Assembly: GCA_964016885.1 (NCBI GenBank)
Contig: OZ024747.1
Location: 29,078,001-29,142,000 of the forward strand
Source of the DNA: Eledone cirrhosa
Lineage: Eukaryota
Length of the DNA stretch: 64,000 nucleotides
Direction of reading: 5' to 3'
The position numbers and the translations under genes are program-made. The first letter of the stretch is position 1. Each line of letters begins with the position of its first letter. The notes below the pieces were generated by a model. That model was not told the DNA's origin, did no database searches, and saw only the letters and a list, made by a program, of their open reading frames with translations. Below are positions 12,165 through 25,934 of the stretch, piece after piece.

Positions 12165-14185
12165 TTTTGATGATGCTGCTACGCCAGTCCTTCGGAACAA
12201 CCCCATTCTGTATGACTTGGTTTACTATCCGGGTGACCATGGTGTGTCCCACCGTTCCAGAGGCTTTCAGCATCTCAGTAACTATTTCCGAAGGCTCAGC
12301 CGCCTTACCCATCTTCATATCTTTGATTGCCTTACTTATTATACTACCTTCAACTAACACTGCTGGTCCCTCTATTGGATCGATCTGGGGGAGACTATCC
12401 TTCTCCCATTTATTCTCCTCATTTAGAAGCCTTTCGTAGTGACACTTCCAAGCTACCTTCTTATCAGCGTCAGTGATGGCAAGTACGCCATCATCATTAA
12501 GTACACATTTCTCCCCGACAATATCACGGTTTTCCTTGACACATTGCCTAGCAATGCTGAACACCTCATGTTTTTGCTTCTCACGTTGTAGAACATGCTT
12601 GAACTTTCTTTCCTCTGCTTCCCTTCTTGCGAAGTACACTTGTCTCCTAGCTTCCCTCCTGGCCACTTGATAGTCTTCTCTACTTCCCCCATCCCGCCAT
12701 ACTTTCCAAGCCTGCTTTTTGGCCTTAATTGACTCCTCCACCTTACTGTTCCACCACCATGTTACTCTCCTCCTACCTACAGGCCTGCTCCAGCCACAGA
12801 CTTCGTCTGCCGCCGTCAGCAGGTTTGCTTTCAGGAATTCCCACTGTTCCTCTATATTATCTGACTCTAATTGCTCTTCCTTACTGTCGAAAGCATCAAG
12901 TAACATGCTTTGAAATTTATTTCTGGCTGTGGGGTCCTTTAGCTTCCATATTTTTCTCCTGAGGATAGTCCTCTTCTGTTGTCTAGTACGTCTCGTCCTG
13001 ACTATGAGGTTGCTAATTAGCAGTCTATGTTGGGAGGTGCATTCTTCATGGGGGAGGGATTTAGTGTTTATAACAGACACTCTGTCACATCTTCTGGTAA
13101 GGATATAATCTACCTGGCTGGTATATTCCCCCGATCTGTAGGTGATCAAGTGATTGTCACGTTTTTTGAAGTTAGTGTTACAGAATTCCAGGATTCTGGA
13201 GCCTTCCTCATTTCTAGTACCAGTGAGGTAGTGAGCATCAGTGTTTCATAGAATCTGTCTTTTATAGCGCCAGGCAGTCCGGATTGGGGCGCGTATGCCG
13301 ATATCACTGTCACAGTAGTTCTATTTAGAACAAGTCTTATTTTAATTATTCTGTCATTTACTCTATTTACATCTATTATCTTATCCACCCATTTTTCTGC
13401 TAACATGATTCCTACCCTACCTATCCCATTGTCATTTCTCACCCAGAAGAGCTTATAGCAACGTTTTTTACCCACAATGAATCTAGCAGACCCGCCCCTC
13501 CACCTGGTCTCTTGGATACAGCAAACATCAACCTCCTTACGTTCAAGCATTTCTACAACCTCGTTAGAGTGGCCTTTTAAGGTACCAACTCTGAAGTTTT
13601 GGATTGTGTTTGGAGGATGGGGCGCAGGGATGGGTGAGGGGGATGGGGTTGGGGTTATGTTGGCCATCCGCGGCCGAAACAAAGAGGAGGGGGACTTGCC
13701 CTTTCGTCCGGCAGCATGAGGTGAATTTGTCGTTATCTTTGGCATTGTCATCGAGTGTCCAGATTCTTCAGACTCTCCAGAAATTCCTTAGTCCATCCAT
13801 CATATCGAAAAGCAGCCAGAAGTGATAGCATAGGCTGTTGACTTGTGATTGGTCCAAATAATAAGGTGGAGAGTGGGGGGGGGGGAGGGGTATGGGGTAG
13901 TTAGCAAAGTGGGGTAGTTAAAAATACAAGAAGATTATTTAGAAACAACCAGACAGAATTATAGAATAGCATTGCGAGAGAGCAAAGATTGGATTTTGGG
14001 CGATATACGGATATATGAATGAATGGACCGATAGCAAAGAGAAGATTATTTAGAACAATATGAATGGATGAACCGATAGGCTGGAGAGAAATAAGAAAAA
14101 TGGCATTTACATTATACTTCGCAGGGACGAGGTCTAACCATTTTTGAGCGTTGACAAATTCTGAGATTCGTACCTCGCTACAGGT
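12165..14185 (-). mobile_element. RTE-clade LINE, 5' portion (APE endonuclease, linker, start of RT), degraded
   Basis: ORFs 13146-13751 (VDVCCIQETRWRG, SAYAPQ) and 12118-13149 (SQVDYIL, SQHRLL, WWWN, P.DW.SS); truncated at (TA)n. Confidence 0.88.
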
Positions 14186-14322
14186 TTATTTATATTTGGA
14201 GAGAGAAGGGAGTGATTGAAAGGGTGAGCTAGCCAGCGCGTAACACGCTATGTGTATATATATATAGATATATATATATATGTGTATATGTATGTATATG
14301 TGTGTATGTGTCTGTATGTGTT

Positions 14323-14366
<44 letters not shown>

Positions 14367-14414
14367 CATATATATATATACATATATATATATGTATGTA
14401 TGTGTGTATGCCTC

Positions 14415-14445
<31 letters not shown>

Positions 14446-16154
14446 ATGTGTGTATGTGTGTGTGTGTATGCATGTGTGTGTGAACGGATGTATATATACG
14501 GACATATGTATGTGTGTGTGTGTGTGTGTGTGTGTACACGTGTATGTGTGTGTGTGTGTGTATGTGTGCATGTATGTGTATATATGTATATTTAGTTATG
14601 TATCTTTATGTGTGTATATGTATGTATATGTATGTATGTATATATATATACCCATGTGGAGGTATGAGTACATATTCGTGTGTGTACGTATGTGTATATG
14701 TGTTTTTATATGTGTCTTTATATGTTTTTATGTATGTATGTGGATGTATGATGGGTGTGTGATTGATGGTGTGTGCCTATATATTCCTACATATGCCCGT
14801 GTGTGTATGTACGTATATACGCACATATGTGTGTGTTGAACAAAGGACTAATTTTGGGATGGACGTAGAAAAATTCTTCAGAAAAAAATAATTGTTTACA
14901 AGCTTGGCAGGTGCAGTTTGCCTATGACCATTTTCGACACAAAGGAATACTAAAAGCTTTTTCCCCTGAATAAAGGAATTTTTCGAGAATGACCGGGGCA
15001 GGCCACACTTGCTACATTTCTCCCCACCCAACCCTACTCACTGTCTCAACTCATTACTGCTATTAACATTTTTTCAACACACCTACACCCCTACACTTAT
15101 TAAAGGGAGAGAACCCCCCCCCCCCCCCCACCACACCACAGACATGTTAAATCCCTATATATAGAACAACACACCACATACACATCAGTTTGACAAATGC
15201 ACCTCAGCGTGAAAGGTCTTTCTAAAAACGAAACAATACCTCCTACGTTAACCAAGAACTCCTAAGACCTAACCAACAACCAACAACTTAATTTATAAAA
15301 AAATTTTTTTTTAAAGAAAATTTTTTCTAATCCGGAAAAAAATTCTTTTTGGATTTTGTGAAGAAAATAAATTTGTTGAAAGCACAAGTGAAGCCATTTT
15401 TTCTTCCCCCCTGTCTAAATATATATATATATACACACACATATATATAAAATACGGCGATAGCTTACATTTATAATATATATATATATATAAAATATAT
15501 TTATATATGCGCGCACACACACACACACACACATATTTAAATACACACACATATATATATATATAAACTTAGGGCGATGATATATATATATATATACATA
15601 AATTTAATTGGCCGCTCATTCATATATAATTTGTGTGTGAGAATACACACGCGCGCACACACATACACAACCACCCCCCACACCCACAAACACACGCAAA
15701 CACACACATATAAACTGAGGGCGATGATATATATATATATATACATAAATTGAATTAGGCGTTCATCCGTTTTCACACACAAATTGCATACAGATGATCG
15801 CCCTATTCAATATATATAAACCCGTTGAGAAAGCGATGCCTTGTTCGATCATTATACCAAAAGCTTATTTTTTATAAGCAGACAGTATTATTGATTTGGG
15901 TGTTGCAGAAACCCAATTTCAATCATATCTCATTTTGTTTGACCCGTTTAGCTTGTTCGCTTTTTTGGCTATGGTGGTTAATGGCTTCTTAACCATCGTC
16001 TCAGCGTGTATGACCATTTTAACTTATGTTTATGGCTCTGGTATCTTCTTCATATCCATGGAGCGCTTATCTGCACAACATGGAAGTTGCGTTTCGGTAA
16101 TTTCTACCCGCCAAAATGCGATTCTCGCTAAATCTCTCTCTCTCTCTCTCTCTC

Positions 16155-16243
<89 letters not shown>

Positions 16244-16294
16244 TCACTTTATATGAATTAAAAATATAATGAAAATCTCTTTTGTTTAAAACAG

Positions 16295-16436
16295 AAGTAA
16301 TGATACGATTGGTGGGCGGCATGAACAACACACATGGAGTTGTTGAAATTATCCACCACGAAATTTTGGGAACAATTTGTAATAATTCATTGAATATCCA
16401 GAATGCCAATGTAGTTTGCCGAATGCTAGGACATCA
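16295..16436 (+). CDS. SRCR gene 1 exon 7 (divergent SRCR domain 2, N-half)
   Basis: ACAG acceptor and GTGAGT donor; VMIRLVGGMNNTHGVVEIIHHEILGTICNNSLNIQNANVVCRMLGH. Confidence 0.88.
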
Positions 16437-16866
16437 GTGAGTTTATTTTTCATTCGTCAGTTCAAAACCTATTCCATTCTCTGTCGACATCCACGCTTGT
16501 TTGTGTAAGGGATAGTCAACAAACTACGACATATTGTGCACTCTTTTACAGTTTTTCCTGTAAACTCATGTTTGAGGAAATCACTTTCACTATTGGGCTG
16601 TATCTATGGTAATATACTTCCACCACTAAATCAAATATTATATCTAGATCCCCACTAACTTGTGTAAACAATGTCTTTCACAATTTACCTCTAACACAGT
16701 AAGTCTCTCTCTGGCCTGATTTTCGTGATTCAATAGAGAAGTCGGTGATATAGTTGGTCAAATCACGTTTAATCAGAATTTATATTTTAAAACGTAAAAC
16801 ATTATCAACTGAGAAAGCCTGCTATCTTTAAAGTTACCTGTTCATTATTTCTGTCATTCTGAGTGT

Positions 16867-17085
16867 GGTGGATTGGCAGTATCGGTAGAGAGTCAGACCC
16901 CCATGTTTCGCAGCATAGAGTTACGGTCCTTTAAGTTCTGAGTTCAAATCCCACCCAGGTTAGCTTTGCCTGTCATCCTTATGGGGGTCGATAAATAAAG
17001 CACCAATAATGCACTGAGGTCGATTTAATCGACTTTCCCTTCCCCTGAAAATTGCTGGCCCTGTGCCTAAAGTAGATAACAATTA
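16867..17085 (+). mobile_element. OK-like SINE
   Basis: Family consensus match. Confidence 0.82.
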
Positions 17086-17939
17086 TTTCTGTCATTCTGG
17101 AAAACAATTCAGCAACTTTAGAGTGATGTCTTCTAATCTTTTTGTCCAGATCTCCCTACTAAAAACACAACTGTTTTCTTGTTTGTCACTGTCCACACCA
17201 CACTACTAAACAACAGAACTGTTTCAGTGTCTGTTACTGCCCTCACCACATTACTATACAACAGAACTGCTTTCAAGAAAGTTTATTTAGTTAATTTCAA
17301 ATGTTCTTTTCTGTTAATTTATTTCCATGTTGGCACTTCAATTAGGAATTACTATACAACAGAACTGTTTCCAAGAAAGTTTATTTAGTTATTTTCAAAT
17401 GTTCCTTTCTGTTAATTTATTTCCATGTTGGCACTTCAATTAGGGAAGTCATCCGCAGATCTGTAATATTCATTTGCTAAACGCATGCATCTAACCTTTT
17501 CATTTCTCTCTTCCATCCTAACTATTTCTGTTCAACAAGTGAATTAAACTGAATTGTCGTTTCTAATCCACAAGTTTGACGTTAAACTGACAATTCTGAT
17601 TTCTATTTGTTCAATAATTTTTGGAAACATCTGAATATAATCGATTAAAATTAATGTTGTTGTTTCTCTTCTCATTGGATACTTTTTTTGTATTTTATAG
17701 CGCCTTGGTAGTCGGCTTGGTAGTCATTAGCAAACCATCATCATAATCACCACATCCATATTCAGTTCCGCTGAGGTTAACTTTGCCTTTCATCCTTACG
17801 GGGTCGATAAAATAAAGTACCAGTAATGCACTGGAATAATTGCTGGCCTTGTGCCAAAAGTAGAAACAATTATTATTATAATGGTTCATTTTTGTAAATC
17901 TCAGGCTCACTTAAATGTAAAACTATCTGGATATTTCAG

Positions 17940-19050
17940 TTAGGGAGCAGTCAACAAGTTGACAAAGTTACCGCACTACATTCTCTAATAATTGATTCTC
18001 TAATTCTTCTTCCACCATGGTTCCTTACCTATTTTCCCATTCAATGGATTTACAAATCCTGTTTTCCTTGCAACAAACACAGCCATAGCACCAATAAGTT
18101 TAGTTGTATCAGATATATTTTCCGTTCAAATATCTTTCAGTGCCTCGATCCTCCTTTTTGTCCTTTCATTGTTCAGTCCCAGTATTTGTTTAAGATTACA
18201 TTCTTTCATGAAATCGATAACCTTATTAATGATCTTATTTTTATCACTCTTTTCATTCTTCTCTAGAATACTGATAATCGACTCTCCTTCAAGCTATCTC
18301 TTATTCACCTTATTCGTCACAATTTCATCAGTCTTACGACCTTTGTCCGCAGTTGTGACCCCTACAGATATATCTCTTCTTATTTCTTCCAACTCGACCT
18401 CTGTTAGACAATCTTTTTTTCGAATCATCCTCATCTAGTAACACAGTCTTTGTTTCATCACTTTCAACTCTTGCCTTTCCATTCAGATGTTGTTGTTGTT
18501 ATTATTTTGATTTGGATATCTCAGTCATTGATGTTATTTAACCGGAAAATTTGTCCAAATTAACATCAAGCCACTACCTGCAGTCTCAGATATTCAGGAC
18601 GATCGGAGGATCCATGCTGTTACCAGTAGGCATGTCATTTGAAGAGTTCCAAAAATGTGGCCTGGGCTAATGTTCTTTAACCAACCTTGGAAACTCTTCA
18701 AGTTAGTACCTAGGGCTCCTATGACGATGGAGAGGCCTTCATCACATGACTAACCCAAATCCGTTTCAATTCCCAATTTAGATCTAGGTACTGGTTAATT
18801 TTCTCCTCCTTTCTTACATGTTTGTATCAAGGAGCAAGCCACATTTTTAATCAAGCAAGATCTTTTTTTATAAAAAAAAAAAAAAAAAAATCCTAACAGG
18901 TTATTGTGTTCTAATTCTTTATCTGTTTGTATCCTGAAATCCCTTAGAACTTCATCCGATCATTTTCTATCACTGACTCTGGCTTATGCTCATACCACTT
19001 CTCAGAATGAGGTAAATTATTCAGTTTGCATAAATTCCAGTGGATCACCT
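17940..19050 (-). mobile_element. R4/Dong-like (RLE) non-LTR retrotransposon fragments
   Basis: Minus strand reads HWNLCK..EKWYEHKPESVIEN..DFRIQTDKELEHN..IVIGALG (18590-19050) and RMIRKKDCLTEVELEEIRR (about 18375-18435), with frameshifts. Confidence 0.65.
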
Positions 19051-19504
19051 TTCCTATGATATCATGCCCCCATCAGTTACTCCTCTCTCTCTTTCTCTCT
19101 CCTACTCTCCCTCTCTCGACCCCTCCCCTCTCCCCCTCTCTCCTTCTATCTCTCTTTGTCTCTCTCCCTCTCCCACTCTCTCTCCCTCTCACCCTCTCTT
19201 TATCTCTCTGTCTCTTTTTCCCTACCCCTCTCTCTCAGACTAACCTCCGCCCTGTCAATATGATGACTCAATACTCATATGAGATTTTTTCTCATTTTTC
19301 TCTGTTCCTTCCTCTTCTCACTCTTTATATTTCTATTTCATCTTTTATTTTTAAGTCTATCTTCTGATGAAGGACTAGTATATATACATGTGTGTAGATA
19401 TATGTATGTATGTATATATGTATGTATATATATAGAGAGAGAGGGAGAGAGAGAGACATATATCTATATCTATATATCTATATTTATATATTTATATATT
19501 TTAG

Positions 19505-19817
19505 ATATGGTGAAAAATACGAGTTTCGTCTGCCACCTGGAATCGAACCCTCGTACTCTGTGAAATGTGAAGGGCATGAGCAGACGATCAATCATTGTTC
19601 AATCGCATGGCTAAATAAGAGCAACGAATGTGAAAGCAAGAATTATGCATTAGGTGTCAGTTGCAAAAACAGAAAAAATCAGTTGAATTCATCAGCATTA
19701 TCTGTTGATCATCCTAACAATGCATGCGGGCTGGAGATCATGCATTTCTCTGCCATTTTGTCTTCCCTATTTGTAGCCGTCAGTAGCTGTTGGTTTGTCC
19801 GTCTGTCTCTCCCTTGA
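19505..19817 (+). CDS. SRCR gene 1 last exon (divergent SRCR2 C-half plus hydrophobic GPI-signal-like tail)
   Basis: TTTTAG acceptor in phase 2; VKCEGHEQTINHC...C...ALGVSC, then IMHFSAILSSLFVAVSSCWFVRLSLP and TGA. Confidence 0.82.
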
Positions 19818-20315
19818 TATATTTTAACCCTTTAGCATTTACATTAATCTATATATACTATTGTATTTTTGTGGTAAAGGCTTATCTTACATAATTATCT
19901 CACATAATATCGAATCTATGAGATTTTTATGTTATTTATTTTGAGAACAATACCTTAACATCAGTTTGAGCGGCCTGTTACGACCAGTTTGAACAGAAAG
20001 AGGTGAGAGAATTCTGGCCAGATATAGCCAGTTTAAATGCTAAAGGGTTAAACAACTGCTATTGAGAATTAACTGCTACCACTTATTATCACAATTTAAC
20101 AACATATATCTCCTCATATCAACCCTTCTACAATGATTTCTGCATCTCGGAGCTTGCTAGTTGTACACCACCGACATCTAAACACTTAATCACATATATC
20201 TCTTTACACTATTTCTACCGCTACTACAACGGTCTCTCTCCAAGTGACGACATTTCAAGGACTAACTTTTGTATCAATAACTCAGACCCTGACCTTTGTG
20301 TTCCCTTCCTCACAT

Positions 20316-20905
20316 GTTGCAGCACAAGCTTATATACAGGCATGTGATGTGTCAGTTTGTAGGCAGACATGTAACACACTAGCCTGTAGGCAGACATGTA
20401 ACACACTAACCTGTAGACAGACACATGACACACTAGCCTGTAGACCGACACGTGACACACCAGCCAATAGAAAGACATGCGGAGCCACAGCTCTGTTTTT
20501 GTGCTACAGCCTCGGTTTTAAAAGTCACCCACGCAGTTCTATGTGCCCTGTCTCGATCGGTGGAGCATACCTGCCACCACACATCGACTAGGACCCCCAC
20601 CCCCAACACCCGGTTGATAGCAACAGACAGCTATGTTATTGTCATACTCACCATCACCATTTCTTTGGTAAATTTCTCGGGAAAGGAGACACCGACTTTC
20701 TCGACATATCGGCCCCAGGACCACCTCCCTACTCACCACCAACGTCTCCCTCACCAGCCTCCGGGGAAACGCCTTCTCTATTACGTCCGCCGGAGCCGCG
20801 GGGCGGCCAGCGTGTGGTCTCTCATTTGCTTATAATAGTGAGAGATGGGGAGCGCGAGAGAGACGGAGACAGTGGCAATGAGGATTTGCTTCCATTATGT
20901 TCAGA
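20316..20905. repeat. Unclassified GC-richer interspersed repeat with a 27-bp minisatellite; related copy at about 58595-58770 (opposite strand)
   Basis: CGCCGG.GC.G.GGGGCGGCCAGC..GTGG..CATTTGCT.A.AATA..GAGAGATGG is shared by both loci; TGTAGGCAGACATGTAACACACTAGCC repeats at 20340-20480. Confidence 0.6.
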
Positions 20906-20912
20906 CCTAAGG

Positions 20913-21102
20913 GCAGTGGATTGGTAGTATCGGTAGAGGGTCGGACGCCATGCTTTACAGCAAAGAGTTACGGCCCTTTATGGTCTGAGTTCAAATTCCG
21001 CCGAGGTTAACTTTGTCTTTCATCCTTACAGGGTCTATAAAATAAAGTACCAGTAATGTACTGGTTAATTGCTGGCCTTGTGCCAAAAGTAGAAACAATT
21101 AT
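20913..21102 (+). mobile_element. OK-like SINE
   Basis: Family consensus match. Confidence 0.85.
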
Positions 21103-21570
21103 GTATATATATATATTTGACAATGCCTAACAAATCGGGCAAACAAGCCTCTGGAGATGGAAATAGTGGACAGCAAGACATTATTTGTATGTATGTAAAT
21201 GCGCATGTCAATCGCAAAACCAAGAAAAGCAACTTCATCAACAATAACAGCAGCATCAGTAACAACATCAGTAGCAGCAGCAACAATAGCAACGATAATA
21301 ATGAGATAATGATTAGAAAAACAAGAGTAAGAGAAAAACAGAAAATCAAGTAACTTTCATATTTTTATTATAAGAATATTAAAAATTCCTGAAAAATTCT
21401 AATTAGATATGAATTAAAAATACATAATTAAAGAACAATTCGAGATAACAAATGAGGCAGAGATAAATAATCACCAATTCCAAAGATTTTATTATCGACT
21501 CTTTAGCATGAGGAGTGTTTTAAATATATTTATCTTTCGTACAGTATATAGTAGAGTTATGGAGATACCA

Positions 21571-21640
21571 GTGGTTCCCAACCTGTGGTCCGCAGATCCC
21601 CGAGGAGCCATATAAGTAGTATTGATGGCCTATGAAGTAT
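21571..21640 (+). mobile_element. hAT-type MITE end
   Basis: CAGTGGTTCCCAACCTGTGGTCCGCAGA terminus typical of hAT/Charlie-like elements. Confidence 0.4.
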
Positions 21641-23096
21641 TTCAAGCATAATTCTATTCTTTACAGTAATGTAAGTAAGGAAGAGACCCGAAGAAATGAA
21701 AAATGTAATTTACAACTCCCACCTACAAAGGTTTAGCTGACCTACGAAGTTGCATCGCATAGGAGATTCCACTGTTGTTTTAATGATACGAGCATCAGTC
21801 CTACTATTTTGTTGTTGTTACAGCTTATACCTATATAGGTTTAGCTGTGCTTCTACGAGGTTTCTCGGGTGTAAGAGTCTTACTGAAGAATACAACATGC
21901 CTCCCGGTCCATGAATTGAATTCACTGCCTTATGATCGTGTGTACAACACCCTAACCACTAGACCAGGCTGATGGGTCCTCAAACGTAGTGCTGAAGGCC
22001 CATGAAATATTTCAGATATTATTTTATTTCGTAAAGTAACATGACTAAGGTATGGAGACACCAGCATTTGCCGTCCTGTTGTTCACAAAGGTAATACTGA
22101 GGGCCTGTGACTAACTTATGGAGTAGTAAGACTTTTTCAAAAGGTTGGCCTCTGTGGGGAAAATTACATTTCAATAAACAGGGTTTTGTTTGGGATTTAA
22201 ATTCTGGGGTGTGGGAAGAATTTTGGATCTGTATTTTTCTGGGACAGTTTAAGGTAGCGAGTCGTTCAGGCGTCGGATTGGATGCCTCGGTATTTGTTCA
22301 GGTTCTTTACGCTATGAGTTCCAAATCTTGCCGAGGTTAACTTTGCCTTTTTATCCTTTCAAGCTCTAAAAATGAAGTACCACTCCACGACTGGACTCGA
22401 TTCTTTTCTATGCCCCTTTGTAACTTTATCTCTTTCCTTCTTTCTCTGAAAGAAATTGACCATAATCATATCTAGAGAAGGATAGGCCCCGGCAAGTTTA
22501 AATTTGTCAAGATGGTAGCGCTCCTACAATTACACATGGAGTTAAAGGCCAAAAAGAAAATGTGTCAACATGTTATTATTGTATGTGTATATGTGTATTT
22601 ATGTTTGCATGTGTACGTGTGTGTGTGTATGTATAACGTGCATGGATATATGTATATTTACACACACACACGCACGCACACACATACACATACACATATA
22701 TATACAGACTATATACACATATATAATCTGTATAGAGAAAAACAGAATAGCATGGAAGTGTGTCTTGGTATTATTTATATACAACACGTATGTCAACAAA
22801 CTGTTTTCGAGTTTATGGCTACGAAAAAATAAATAAAGAAATAATATAAAGATTTATTGACGGTCGATTTCCTATCTTAATTTTGTTTATTCACATCTGT
22901 GATCTACATTTTTCTTAGTGAACAGAACAAGATATTAATTGTATGAATTGTTTGTATTTTGCCGGAAATTCTTTACATAATACATAATATATTATTTACG
23001 GAGAAGGTGTGCTCGTAAGTGGTTTCGGAATAAATTAAGACGGAATAATCTCATAAAACACAGGCCGACCAAAAAATCTGACACAACGACGCTAAC

Positions 23097-23169
23097 ATGG
23101 TGGGTAACTGTTATTTACAATTAATCGTTTGCTTGTGGCTCTTTACGCCAAGCTTGAAAGCAAGAAACG
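23097..23169 (+). CDS. SRCR gene 2 exon 1 (signal peptide MVGNCYLQLIVCLWLFTPSLKARN)
   Basis: AACATGG Kozak-like start, hydrophobic core, donor G|GTGAGT in phase 1, same layout as gene 1 exon 1. Confidence 0.75.
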
Positions 23170-23219
23170 GTGAGTATAAACTATTCTTTTCACATGTACT
23201 TCTACCACTTGAGTATATA

Positions 23220-23409
23220 CGAGGGCCGGCTGAAAAGTTCATAGGCTGACCAAGATACACTCATGGAATGACTAAATGGGGTCTATTTTTCAAATTAGTC
23301 CTTGAAAAGAAACAATGCAGTTATTAATAAGAGTTGAAATTAATGCGTGCAAGATTTCACAGCTCTAGCATCACTCCTTCTTAGCCTGTGAACTTTTCAG
23401 CCGACCCTC

Positions 23410-23410
<1 letters not shown>
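23220..23410. mobile_element. Mariner-type MITE with TA TSD
   Basis: TIRs CGAGGGCCGGCTGAAAAGTTCA / TGAACTTTTCAGCCGACCCTCG; second copy at 62989-63185. Confidence 0.85.
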
Positions 23411-23456
<46 letters not shown>

Positions 23457-23605
23457 TATTAAGTTGTTAAACAATATTCAATGATTGTGTCAAAAAATGA
23501 GTTTTACAGTAAATTGGAAGCACTCAACGAAAAAATAAATTTTCAGGAGTTATTAATATTAAAATATAAGTATTAATAAAATAGATGTTCTTTTGATCAA
23601 TTACA

Positions 23606-23654
23606 TTTTATTATACATATTTCAGATGTACAAGTACGTCCTCATCAGACAAAA
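23606..23654 (-). ncRNA. Minimal type I hammerhead ribozyme
   Basis: Reverse complement TTTTGT-CTGATGA-GGAcGTACttGTACaTCT-GAAA-TATGTA-TA-ATAAAA; sits between inverted repeats of about 46 bp. Confidence 0.7.
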
Positions 23655-23748
23655 TATAATGATACATGACATACCCTGAGATGTTAAATGGTTAAGATTT
23701 AAATTGATCAAAAGAACATCTATTTTATTAATACTTATATTTTAATAC

Positions 23749-23828
<80 letters not shown>

Positions 23829-23897
23829 GTTATTCCGGGTTGAATCGGAGGTAACCACAGTAATACATAGCAGAGTATAAAAGTTTTAATATAGATG

Positions 23898-23948
23898 AGA
23901 TTCTACAGGACTAGAACTGTTTAATTCTTTAGAAATCATCAGGAATCT
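23898..23948 (-). ncRNA. Hammerhead motif with G12>T core mutation (family of 43070)
   Basis: Reverse complement AGATTC-CTGATGA-tTTCtaaaGAAt-TAAA-CAG..CTG-TA-GAATCT. Confidence 0.55.
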
Positions 23949-24425
23949 GGCTTTCCAAAGATAAATGTTGTGGTATTTATATCTTTTCAGGTGGTAGGAG
24001 AGGGTGGGGAGTGGGGTGGGTGGAGGTCATTGGTTGAAAGAAAAGGGAATTCATTAAAAGCTAATTCTTTAAGGCTATAATTTATATTTAGAGTGACAAA
24101 GACAGAAAGGATTCTATAAACAAGTTCAGAATGGGGTGCCACTCCTTATTTTTAAGTTTCTCTTAATCTAACAATACCTATATTTCAGGTGTCTATAAGA
24201 TGGTTGGGGGTCGGTCATGGTTGATGGATTTAAAGAAAAGGGAAATTCTTTAAAGCTTTACTTAGAGTGACAAAGGCCAAGGGAATTCTATAAACCAGTT
24301 CAAAATATTGGGTGCCTATCATATCATTATTGTCATATTTCTCTTAAGCTATATTCCAGGTGTCAACAGACACATTCACGTACACACACATATATATATA
24401 TATATACATATATATACACATACAT

Positions 24426-24493
<68 letters not shown>

Positions 24494-24501
<8 letters not shown>

Positions 24502-24557
24502 GCATATATGTTATAGAATACTATTAGCTTCTCGCTAAAACAATCTCTATACCTCTC

Positions 24558-24615
<58 letters not shown>

Positions 24616-24678
24616 GAGAGGTATAGAGATTGTTTTAGCGAGAAGCTAATAGTATTCTATAACATATATGCGACTATA
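24494..24678. repeat. Perfect inverted repeat centred on a (TA)n tract
   Basis: Arms of about 67 bp (24494-24560 and 24612-24678). Confidence 0.88.
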
Positions 24679-24926
24679 ACGTCAAGATGGGAAAAGTAGT
24701 TAACGTAAGATTTATGAAAAATAATTCAAACTCATCTCAAAAGAGAATCAGGATACAAATTCATCCACAGAATTTAGTGAAATCCAGGGAAAAATCAATA
24801 GACCTTTAACTCATGATAAAATAAAGTTTAAAACACTTATCCTTCAATTTGGAATAACATCAAATGCTCTGTATAGTCTTAAAAGACTATTTCATGAAAA
24901 CTTTCAGTGGAGATGGTCACGGTTAT

Positions 24927-25158
<232 letters not shown>

Positions 25159-25184
25159 GTATATATATATATATATACACACAC

Positions 25185-25224
<40 letters not shown>

Positions 25225-25228
<4 letters not shown>

Positions 25229-25870
25229 ATGTATAAAAATCAATACAATATAATTACCTCATTACCAGAGGTTTCTCGAGTGAGGCGAATACGAAAGAAA
25301 CGTCTTCATTCGTTCGTCAGACGAAGCAATATAAAACATGGGTAAATACTTGGAAAGTCTCATCAAGAAAAGCAAAAAAAAAAAAAAAAAATATATATAT
25401 ATAGACAAATGAATTACAATATGAAATATATAAAAATCTTTCAAGAAATATAGTTAGGTGTGTGTATATGTATGTATATACGCTCACAGATGTGCATATA
25501 TGTGTATGCACAAATATATACGTATAGTGAAAAAGTGTGCGTAAATATATATTTTAGGGCAAATGTATCTGTGTGTCTGTAAACTACAGACAGAATAGAT
25601 ACATCATAAGAATATGAAGGCACGCGCATAAACACACCTACACACACGTACACTTATATGCGGAAGTAAAAGAGGTAAGGGAGTGTAATAATTAAAGGAA
25701 AGTATCAATCTCGATATATTTATAAAAATGGAACAATAATTTAGAAAGAAAAAATTAAAGAAAAGAAGACAAACAAGGTACACGCATACACACACACGTA
25801 TATCTCACAAAAGAAACACAAAAATATACATGCTTATATACACACGCACACTTACACATCCATACATTCG

Positions 25871-25934
<64 letters not shown>

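Noticed and set aside
14186-14839. YI/CV/HT-rich ORFs here and throughout (for example 24864-25243, 27857-28214, 58895-60811)
   Set aside because: Artefacts of di- and trinucleotide microsatellites
20316-20905. Solo LTR
   Set aside because: No clear TG...CA pair with TSD; kept only as an unclassified repeat
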